From NCBI RefSeq assembly GCF_018350175.1, contig NC_058368.1, positions 209,438,001 through 209,502,000 of the forward strand: a DNA stretch of 64,000 nt. Direction: 5' to 3'. The notes beneath the pieces are model-generated. The model had not been told where the DNA came from. It did no database searches and saw only the letters and a list, made by a program, of their open reading frames with translations. Positions 1 through 9,900 of the stretch are shown here, in pieces (within the stretch, counting starts at the first letter, position 1; every line of letters starts with the position of its first letter). Made by a program: the position numbers and the translations under genes. Origin of the DNA: Felis catus (Eukaryota).

Positions 1-317
1 CTTCATGTGCATGATCTCCCTTAATTCTCCAGTTCATCCACTGAGGTCTGTTACCCTAGTTACCCTAGTTAAAAGAACTCAATTTGGTAGGGATAATGAT
101 GGAAACACTGATTACATGTGTTCCAAAAATGATGAGAAACATGAATTATTCTGTATCTCTCCACTGCCACCTTCTTTCCTTACAGATTCATCTTTCAGTT
201 TACCACCTCTCTCTCCAGCTGTGTCTGCTGTTTAACCTGTCAAGTTTTAATGTTGATGGCTGCATTTCTTAGAAATTCTCTTTGGTTCTTTCTCCATAGT
301 TTTCCCCACTATATGCC
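1..317 (+). repeat. Left arm of near-identical inverted duplication (runs off the window start)
   Basis: Reverse complement of 5307-5619 except for 4 transitions and one 4-bp indel. Confidence 0.97.
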
Positions 318-478
318 TTAAAACCCAATGCTGTAGTTAGGATTAGTTTGAGTCCTAGAAGCATCATTTCCTGTGCTTTTAATTGTATAATCTCAGACCT
401 TTTGTTTTTTTTTTCTCTCCTTTCAGAGTCTCTCATTTTAATATTTTGCAAAATATTTTCTAGTTTAGAGTACCCCAA

Positions 479-575
479 GGGGTGCCTGGCTGGCTCAGTA
501 GAACATGTGACTCTGGATCCCAGGGTTGTGAGTTTGAGTGCCACGTTGGGTATAGAGTTTACTTTAGAATAAAAC
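479..575 (+). mobile_element. Short-type Can-SINE
   Basis: Head GGGGTGCCTGGCTGGCTCAG, tRNA-like body and A-rich end. Confidence 0.85.
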
Positions 576-1448
576 AGCGGGGGTTCTCCAGATATTTTCT
601 AAACAAATACCTATCAATGTTAGTTTAACAGATAAAATAGCCCCAAAATACAGCGTTGGCCCCAAAATAGCTGAAGTTACATGTACACTGGTATTCTATT
701 TATACAAGCTCCAGAGATCCAGGGTTTTGTGTTCGTGAAGTGTGTTACGATCTAGCATGAGGCCTTGCCCATAGAAAGGCAAATAGAAGTATTTGTTTCA
801 TTACCCAGTGGTAGCCTTATCTGACAGGATGAAATCGAGTACAGCTCCACGTTTGTGGCTTGGGGGTGTGTGTGGAGCGTGGCCCAACAATTGACAAGGG
901 GGCAAGAAGAGGAACAGGGTTTTCTCCTGGCGGAAGCAGAGGCAATGGATTCAGTTTCACCGTTCAGCTCCGGACTCCTCGGGCTAGTCTCCAGAGATAC
1001 TGTTCGTCAATATGCTTTCTAAAGACACCGAGTGGCAGTGTTCACTGTCCACACATAGAGTGCTTCCTTGAGGTTTCTGCCTAGTTTCTGCTGTGGAGTT
1101 TCTCCTTGATGTATCATGGGTCTTTTACCTTTGAAAGCATTCACTGTCCACAATGGGGCAGGAACACCCAAATTTGAAAAGCTTTTTTGCACATGCTCAG
1201 TTTCACAGCATTGTTTCCATATTGTATTTTTATTTTAAGACTGGATATCTGGAAAAAATCCTAGAGAAATGCAGTCTGATCTGAAGAGAAGGAAATTACA
1301 AAGCCATCCCTGGGTAAAGCAAAGTGAGAGAAAGCCAGTGATAGCTTCTCAGGTGTGTAGATACCCCAGGGGTAAAGGTTTATCCTTTTAAATGCAGGAC
1401 TGTTCACCTTAATTTCTTAATTTTGGTGGTGATTTTGTCATTCTTTTT

Positions 1449-1687
1449 ATTTATTTTTATTTATTTTTCTTTTAATTTTTTTTTCAACGTTTATTTATTT
1501 TTGGGACAGAGAGAAACAGAGCATGAACGGGGGAGGGGCAGAGAGAGAGGGAGACACAGAATCGGAAGCAGGCTCCAGGCTCCGAGCCATCAGCCCAGAA
1601 CCTGACGCGGGGCTCGAACTCACGGACCGCGAGATCGTGACCTGGCTGAAGTCGGACGCTTAACCAACTGCGCCACCCAGGCGCCCC
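1449..1687 (-). mobile_element. Young felid Can-SINE (SINEC_Fc-type) with 15-bp TSD
   Basis: CpG-rich tRNA-derived head, (CT)n tract and A tail. TSD tttgtcattcttttt at 1434-1448 and 1688-1702. Confidence 0.95.
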
Positions 1688-2289
1688 TTTGTCATTCTTT
1701 TTAGATGGCAATAATTATGTTCATTTGACAAGAGTATTGAAGTCTGGTTACCAGGTCAATTGTAGCAGAAGTGGAGGTGGGATTAGTTGGTGGCCACAGC
1801 CTTTGCTAATCTCTTTTCACAGCCTACTTGAAGCAACAACTCAGCGCCCATCTCCATTTGTTTCCGTCTGCTTTGGAGACACGGCCTGCCCTTGTGGTTA
1901 TAATACTGCTTAACCACGTGTTGGTTTCTCTTTTTATTATCCTTCAGTCTTCAGTCTTTCTGTTTTGCTGGCTGTTTTCTTTTTCAACACAGTGTTCATC
2001 CAACTTTGCAGCTGGAACTTCTCCACAGTTCCATTCTCTCTGTGGCCTCTCCTCCCTGGACTCTCTTGTCCTACAGGTTACCACTGTTTTTAAAATTAAG
2101 AGATGGCCAGAATTCATTTTCTGTCTGTCACAACGACAGGGCAGGAATTGTTAGAACCGTATCCAGACCTTGTGATTCAAATATTAGGTAAAATGTGACT
2201 GCCTTAGATGTGATGATAAAAGTCAGAATAAACCAACAAACTTATAAATGAATCGGTCCCATCGTAACTTTGTCCTTTTCCCTTGAAAG

Positions 2290-2444
2290 GTTCTAGTGCT
2301 CCGTGTGGGAGTCTGCAGTGTACGAAAAAACACATCAGTGCTGAGCTTTCACCTCGATCAAAGCAGGTACGTATAGAGTATGAGAGAGAGACCGTGGTGA
2401 GCCCCTGGACAACTGTTCACGAGAGTCCTGCTTCCCTTCTACAG
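2290..2444 (+). CDS. CPLANE1: CPLANE1 (C5orf42) penultimate coding exon
   Basis: Pyrimidine tract with AG at 2288-2289 and donor CAG|GTAAGC at 2444/2445. Encodes [15 protein letters not shown]...[17 protein letters not shown], which resembles the human CPLANE1 C-terminus as I recall it. Splices in phase 0 to the next exon. Confidence 0.88.
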
Positions 2445-2907
2445 GTAAGCATTGTTCCAGATTTCAATTTGTCTGGTGATTTCCCTGTGTTCCCTAGTTC
2501 CGTCTGTTCTGTTTTGCGGGATGTAGAGATACTGCAAGATTGAAGGGGTAATTCAGAGCATCTACACCTTTGGCTTAGGGCTCCAGCATTTATCAGAATT
2601 TTCCTTGATTTTGCATTTTCCTTTTAACTAAAAGATAACAAAACTGTAAGAACAGATCATTGTACGACAAGTATAAAAACCCACTGTGTCCACTCTTCAG
2701 ATCTGGTGCCAGCATCTAGCTGTGTCAGGTGACGTTCAGCCCATTGTCGATCCCGTTGGGCTGGGCAACCCCTGTCCTGGGTTTGCTTTGCATTTCCTTC
2801 GCCAGTTGGTGCATGAATGACTAGAATCTTTGGAAAGCTTAGTTCACGTTCTGTTTACTTTTTCCTCAAGCTAAGACCACAGCTTACTACCTCTCTTAAT
2901 TTGATAG

Positions 2908-3081
2908 GACTTGGCAGCAACCGAAGAAGAGCTAGAGCCTCCTTTCGGGGTGGGTGGCGTCGACAGTGTGTCTGGGAGCACTGGCAGCATCCTCAGCAGA
3001 CTTGACTGGAACGCCATTGAAGACATGGTGGCCGGCGTGGACGACAAGAACCTGTCTCTCCACTGGGCCTTGGACCTGTAA
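2908..3081 (+). CDS. CPLANE1: CPLANE1 last coding exon
   Basis: Acceptor ttgatag|GAC. Translates [57 protein letters not shown] with TAA at 3079-3081, the recognisable CPLANE1 C-terminus. Convergent with NIPBL, as in human. Confidence 0.93.
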   Translation, partial: DLAATEEELEPPFGVGGVDSVSGSTGSILSRLDWNAIEDMVAGVDDKNLSLHWALDL

Positions 3082-3238
3082 GACCTGCGTATCATTGTGT
3101 TTCCCGGCAGAGACTAGCATCTCATTGGTGTAGTTCTGAAAGATTGGAGTGTTTAAGGGAGAGAAGCAACGAAGGAAGCAGCATGAATATACCACCTGCA
3201 GCCATATCATTCCTTGGATTAGCCATTTCGAGAGGGAA

Positions 3239-3398
3239 AATAAACACTTCTCAATAATTTTGCCTTCATGGGGAAAGGGTTGTTTATACATACATGCTTT
3301 TGCATTTGGTATCTCTTTAGGCATACTTTTTACAATGATGAAAAAATGAAAAGGACCTGTCAAGCCAGTTTACATAATATTTAAGTTATTTCAATAAA
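3239..3398 (+). terminator. CPLANE1: Candidate proximal poly(A) signals of CPLANE1
   Basis: AATAAA at 3239-3244 and 3393-3398, downstream of the stop codon. Actual usage is unknown. Confidence 0.4.
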
Positions 3399-3829
3399 AA
3401 TCTTCTGTATCACCTCCTCCTTTACTACCCCCCAAGTTTTGAGAAGCAACCTTATATGGATAAACCCGACGGAAAAAATTCTTTCGTTGTGGAGAAGAAA
3501 GTCACAATCTCGCCCTGAGACATAATGAGCTCCATTTTAAAACAGAGCCTTAAACTCACCTGTGCAGGCCTGGCCCAGGAGTGAAAAAGGAACCACTTTC
3601 CACCAATACTGGACTTCTAAATAAGCCAAGTTTCACGGAGGCCAGATCTGGCCTCTGCTCTGTAACCTGAAAAGCCTTGAAGAAACAGGGCTGGATGCTT
3701 TGAGTGGGAAACAGGATTCCCGACTCTAGAAAGCTCACGTTAACTTTATAAAAACTACGGTGCAGAGACATGGGTAGTTTCTGGCGTTGCACCCAAATAA
3801 TAATTTGGGAGATAATTTTTGTAAGAAGA

Positions 3830-4287
3830 AACTAAAAACCGTCACCCATTTGTCAATTTTTGGTGTAGTATCAAAGAATACTACTGTCTGAAAAAGCTCC
3901 TTTTCCAACTACAATATACCTCCAATATACCTCCTTTTCCAACTACATTTGTGAGGCCAGATTTTTTTCGTATATACTTTGACCAGAACAACATGCTGGA
4001 ACAGGTTGAATGCAGAAGCAGGTACGGGAATTCAGCTGTCTTCCATTAAGCCAAACATTAAAGACATTTGTAAAACTATGAAACTGCTACTCTGCTCATC
4101 AAGTTTTGATTTGGAAAATATCTTTGTAAATATGTCTTATAAACATTGGGTCATTGTAATTAAAAATGTTTAAACATTTCTCTGTTTTCATTTTTATGAT
4201 AAATGTTCACAGACACACCCACATAAAAAAAAGCTCTTTAGGACCCTCGATTTTTGTAAGGCGAACACAAAGTTTGAGAACTGCTGT
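3830..4287 (+). mobile_element. hAT-Charlie (Charlie1-like) DNA transposon 3' fragment
   Basis: Recognised segment tgaatgcagaagcag...cagctgtcttccattaagcc and a TIR-like end aagtttgagaactgctg. Confidence 0.7.
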
Positions 4288-5306
4288 TTTAGAGCTATGT
4301 GTGAACTCTTAACAACTTGACATTTCACACCACTTCAGAAATAAAGGGGTTTTACAACAGTATAATCCCTTTTACCTCCCTGCTCCTGTTCTCATTTAAA
4401 CATTTAGTTGTCTTATCATTTCCAGTGCTTTTTCATTTCTTCCTGTAGATCCACATCTCTGTCTAGTATTATTTCCCTTCAGCCTGAAGATCATTGGATT
4501 TCGTATAGTGCAGATCTTGGCAATTAATTCTCTCAGGCTTCATTGACAGAACTATATCTTACCCTCGTTATTGAAGGGTATTTTCTGTAGCCCTTATTCT
4601 AGGGTAAGATTTTTACTTCTAGGCTGGATGTCTGGAGTGTTAATGAGGTGTTAGCAGGGTCTCGCTGCTCTGGCTGGGCAGAGCCTCCCTCACCCCCCAG
4701 CCATGCTCAGCCTCAGTGACCACCTTCTGGTGTGCCTCAGGGAGTCTTGTACTCAATACAGCAGCTCTGCCCCGTCTGCACACAGACTTTTGGGAATCGT
4801 CTCTGTGCAGCCAGCTTCCTTCTCTCTGTTGCCCTGGCCTGCAGAAGCCAGCCACTGTTACCACCCTGACCTCTGCCTCTTCAGCATCGTAGGAGGACCA
4901 CAAGTGTTCCGCTCGGACCCTAGTTCATTATGTTGAAGTCATGGGGACAATATCCTTAAGCAGACAGCTAGGCGTTCACGAGACTTACCTCAGGAGTCTC
5001 CCTTCTCTCCGGGATCACTGTTCTGTGTTGCCTATTTTCCAGTGTCTAAGAGCAGTTGCCTCACGTGTGTTCGACTCACTTTATGGTTCAGACAGGCAGA
5101 CGAGTCAGGTAGTAGTTACTCTGTCATAGGTGAGGTGGAAGTGTTCTCCTAGTGAACATCCACACGATAAACCTGAAACTGTGGAGTGAACGAGGGCAGA
5201 GAGTATCAGCAGAGGACTGATATTCCTGGGCAGTCTCAACCTCTAGCTTGAGTCTCAACCTCTGGCTGCAGTACAAAAAACTGCAGTACAGTGGGGGCGC
5301 CTGGGT

Positions 5307-5619
5307 GGCATATAGCGGGGAAAACTATGGAGAACCAAAGAGAATTTCTAAGAAATGCAGCCATCAACATTAAAACTTGACAGGTTAAACAGCAGACACA
5401 GCTGAAGAGAGAGGTGGTAAACTGAAAGATGAATCTGTAAGGAAAGAAGGTGGCAGTGGAGAGACACAGAATAATTCATGTTTCTCATCATTTTTGGAAC
5501 ACATGTAATCAGTGTTTCCATCATTATCCCTACCAAATTGAGTTCTTTTAACTAGGGTAACTAGGGTAACAGACCTCAGTGGATGAACTGGAGGATTAAG
5601 GGAGATCATGCACATGAAG
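5307..5619 (-). repeat. Right arm of near-identical inverted duplication
   Basis: Matches 1-317 as described. The twin ORFs 5..235(+)/5385..5615(-) and 84..272(+)/5348..5536(-) reflect it. Confidence 0.97.
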
Positions 5620-5810
5620 TGTTAATACCATGCTTGGCATCATGTAAATTCTCTGTTATTTTTATTCTAGAGGAATCCGAAGCAGCCCCCCCCCCCCCCG
5701 GCTTCTCTAAGCCTCTGCTGTTTCAGCTGTAAGATGGGGATAATAGTTGCCCTGTCTACCAGTGTTGTTACAGAGAGCTAACAGGAGAATGAATGTGAAA
5801 GTACCTTTTA

Positions 5811-6350
5811 TTTTTTTATGTATTTAAAAAAAAATTTTTTTTTAACGTTTATTTTTGAAACAGAGAGAGAGCATGAATGGGGGAGGGTCAGAGAGAGAGG
5901 GAGACACAATCCAAAGCAGGCTCCAGGCTCTGAGCTGTAGGCACAGAGCCCGATGCGGGACTCGATCTCACGGACCGTGAGATCATGACCTGAGTCGAAG
6001 TCAGACGCTTAACCGACCAAGCCACCCAGGCGCCCCTTATTTATGTATTTTTAAGAATTTTAAATCCAAGTTAGCATTTAGTGCAATAATGATTTCAGGA
6101 GTAGATTCATCCCCTATATATAACACCCAGTGCTCATCCCAACAAGTATCTTCCTTAATGCCCCTCACCCATTTAGCCCATCCCCCCACCCACAACCCTC
6201 AGTTTGTTCTCTGTTTACCAGTCTCTTATGTTTTGCCCCCTCCTTGTTTTTATATTATTTTTGCTTCCCTTATGTTCATCTGTTTTGTATCTTTGTATCT
6301 TCACTCACAAGAGTGAAGTCGTCTTTCTCTGACTAATCTCGCTTAGCATA
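5811..6350 (-). mobile_element. Carnivore L1 3' fragment carrying a Can-SINE (about 5825-6036) in its tail, inserted into a MIR
   Basis: L1 3' UTR motif aacacccagtgctcatccc. TSD-like gtgaaa(g/a)tacctttta at about 5795 and 6351. MIR core ctgtaagatggggataatag at about 5728. Confidence 0.8.
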
Positions 6351-6415
6351 GTGAAAATACCTTTTAAACGGTGAGGAGTAACATGGAGTGAATGGTGGGT
6401 TAGACCTTCATTCTT

Positions 6416-6642
6416 TTTTTTTTTTTAATTTTTTTTTTCAACTTTTATTTTATTTTTGGGACAGAGAGAGAGAGAGCATGAACGGGGGAGGGGCAGAGAG
6501 AGAGGGAGACACAGAATCCGAAGCAGGCTCCAGGCTCTGAGCCATCAGCCCAGAGCCTGACGCGGGGCTCGAACTCACAGACCGCGAGATGGTGACCTGG
6601 CTGAAGTCGGACGCTTAACCGACTGTGCCAACCAGGCGTCCC
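6416..6642 (-). mobile_element. Young SINEC_Fc-type SINE with TSD
   Basis: TSD tagaccttcattctt at 6401-6415 and 6643-6657. Confidence 0.95.
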
Positions 6643-6994
6643 TAGACCTTCATTCTTAAGATCATTACCACCCCCTGTCTGGCTGATCAGAGCACAGCTA
6701 ATTTGGAATCCCCAAACTTATGAGTCTGTGTGCTGCATGACCATGTGATAATAGCACCTTCCCGAGTACTTGTTTTTATGTTTGGTACTGTGCTAAGCCC
6801 ACAATGTATATGTTCTCAATATTGTAACACATAGTTTGCTGGTGAGAAAACCGAGGCTTACACAGATGGGTTAGGAATTTTCCTAGGGCTAAAGAGTAAG
6901 TGGTGAACTAGGATTCCAAACAAAGCTAACCCCACAGCCTATTCTCTGAACTGCTGCACACACAGCCATACTCTTCACTCTGAAATCGGTATCT

Positions 6995-9900
6995 GAAATT
7001 TTTTTTAAAGTCTGTCTATTTTGAGAGAGCGAGCGAGCGAGCAAGCAAGCGAGCACAGGGGAGGGGCAGAGAGAGAGGGGGAGACAGAATCCCAAGCAGG
7101 CTCCACAGTGCAGAGCCTAAGGCAGGGCTCAAACCCACGAACCACAAGATCATGACCTGAGCCAAAACCAAGAGTCAGACAATTAACCAACTGAGCCACC
7201 CAGGTGCCCTGTATTTGAAATTTCTAAGAGTGTCTTATGACTTAAGAAAATTTTTAAGTTTGAGAGTGCGAACTTGAGCGGGGGAGGGGTAGAGAGAGGG
7301 AGAGACGATGCGAAGCCTGACATGGGGCTCGAACTCACGACCTATGAGATCATGACCTGAACCCAAATCACGAGTAGGACGCTTAACTGACTGAGCCACC
7401 CAGGCACCCCGTGTCTTATGATTTTTAAAAATTTAAGTTTGAGAACCTTATTCGTGGGGCACCTGGGTGGTTCAATCCATTAAGCATCCGACTTTGTCTC
7501 AGGTCATGATCAGGTCACGGTTCACGAGTTCAAGCCCCGCATCGGGCTCTTTGCTGACAGCTCAGAGCCTGGAGCCCGCTTCAGATTCTGTTTCCCCCTC
7601 TCTCTCTGCCCCTCCCCTGATCGTACTCTGTCTCTCCCTCTCTCTCAAAACTAAATAAGATCTTTTTAAAAAATTTTTTAAAAAGAACTTTATTCTTGAA
7701 GTGCCTGGGTGGCTCGGTCGGCTAAGCATCTGACTCTTGATCTCAGCTCCAGGTCTTGACCTCAGAGTCGGGTCCCACGTTGGGCTCCCCGCTAGGTGCG
7801 AAGCCTACTTAAAACAAAAAAAGAACTTTACTTCCCATTACCTCTGTGGAAGGTAACTGGAGACAGCACAGGCTTTCTTACTGCCACTTTGGCTCCATCG
7901 CCTTTATTCTGTGTGGTAAAAGTAGCAGTTCCTAGAAAAACAGGCAAACTTCTTTAACCTTCTGTATACATATCGTATTAGAAATTCTTTGAGGACAGAA
8001 ACCTGTGACTAAGAGGACCCGATACACAGTAGTCGATTTGAACCAAGAAAGCAAAACAGAAGCGCAGAGGAAGGAAAGGAAAACTCTGCTTTGAAACTTG
8101 GGACCCTCACAGCACAACCATGGTCCTTTTTCAAAACGGCAAATGTGCCTGGACACCCTCTCTGACAACTGGAAGAGCCAGGCACATAAGCCTCTTAGCA
8201 GCAAACACCTTGACGGATGCCAAGTTACACTGTATGGAAAGAACGATCAAGAATGATAAGAAAGTTCTAGGGTTAAGAACACCATTTACTATTTATAGTA
8301 TGCAAAGTGCTTTCCATATCTTTTCAAAATACTTACTTATCTATCTACTTTAGAGAGTAAGAGAGCACGAGCAGGTAGGAGCAGAGAGAGTGGGAGACAC
8401 AGAATCCGAAGCAGGCTCCAGGCTCTGAGCTGTCAGCACAGAGCCCGACACGGGAACCCAAACCCACACACTGTGAGATCATGACCTGGGCCAAAATTGG
8501 ACACTCGACTGACTGGGCCACCCAGGTGTCCCAAAATGCTTTCCTTATTATCTCAACACTTCTATAAGATAGGTTGTAAATAACATATTTGAGGGCACAA
8601 AGTGAGCCGCAGAGCTGGGTTATGAATACAGGCCCGCATGATTCCACAGGCTAGAACTCTGCCTTTGATGCTTCTTAGTTACTTATCACACAGCCTTTAT
8701 ATTGCTTTTGATGAAACTAAACATAAAACAAGCCAAAAAAAAAAAAAAAAAAAAAAAGGCAGGGCGATCACTAAGGGTAACAGTTTGCAATCAGAGCTGA
8801 AGATATTAGCCAGAAATTACACACTGCTTTACAAGACAGGTAACAACACAAAGACTCACCAGTATCTTCAGAACAACTCTTCTTTCACAAAATAAGCTAT
8901 AATGAATTTTAAAATCCTGATGAGCTCTCCCTCCCTATCTGTGCAATGACTGCACTTGCCCCACGTGGGCCCAGGTGACATGGGTCACTGACTAGGATAG
9001 GACCTGGGATCAGTTATGCATGGGTTTCTCCCACTGCCCCACAATATTGGGGTGTCTAAGCCTCTGAATGCGGCCAAGGGAAATGGCTGGGTTCTGGGTG
9101 TGGAAGAGGCCGCATGTAGGCACGACCTGGAGAGAGAAGCCAGCTTGTTCACCAGCCCCTCAAGTTGCTTTGGTCTCTCACATTCTGGGGAAGCTAAGTG
9201 ACAGGTGAGCTGGGGTAACAGCTGGTCATATACTGGTCTTCTCTGGTATAAATACAGCAATACCCACCCACTGGTATTCCCGGACAGGAGTTTATAAAAA
9301 GCTATTTTAGGCAGAAAAGCTAAATAGCCATTGTTTTCATTTATCCAAGTATTCAATTATTTCATTTGTTCAGTGTGAGAGTACGAGATAAAGAAGAGAG
9401 TGTTGCTACCCTCAAAAAATATAGTCAAGCATAGCACATGAGTTTACAAGCAACTACAACATGAGACGTGTTGCATGCACATGTGATTGAGGGGTCAGAG
9501 CACAAAAATAACCCAGTTACAATGGTAGCTAAAAGAGTTATCTCTAGGGGAGCGTGGGTGGCTCAGTTAAGCGTCCAACTCTCGATCTTGGCTCAGGTCA
9601 TGATTTCACGGGGGATCGAGCCCCACGCCAGGCTCTGTGCCGACAGCGTGGAATTCTCCCTCCCTCTCCGCCCCTCCCCCACTCATGCTTTCTGTCTAAA
9701 TAAACATTAAAAAGAACGCTGCAATATGATTATTTTGCCTAGTGTATCTTAACACAGAGGAATCATGCAAATGAATGTTTCAGACCCACTTCATGCCCTC
9801 CACACATAGATTAAAAGCATCAGTTTCTATATATAGATTTTAGACACTTACCATGCTTGGGAAATACCTCCAGTCATCAGAAGTGTTCTCCAATTTCTCA

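Noticed and set aside
5..272. Twin ORFs at 5..235/84..272 and 5348..5615 as a duplicated small gene
   Set aside because: They overlap in different frames, resemble no protein I recognise and overlap a MIR-like relic. They simply mirror the inverted duplication.
1449..1687. tRNA genes suggested by A/B-box-like motifs
   Set aside because: All are tRNA-derived Can-SINE heads followed by (CT)n and A tails, many with TSDs.
2871..3363. Minus-strand ORFs of 74 and 143 aa
   Set aside because: They are antisense shadows of the CPLANE1 last exon and 3' UTR.
318..5306. A large DNA transposon with 313-bp TIRs, or an already inverted segment
   Set aside because: There is no transposase and the interior holds ordinary CPLANE1 exons. 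These are convergent with NIPBL, the arrangement I recall for human, so nothing suggests this haplotype is inverted.
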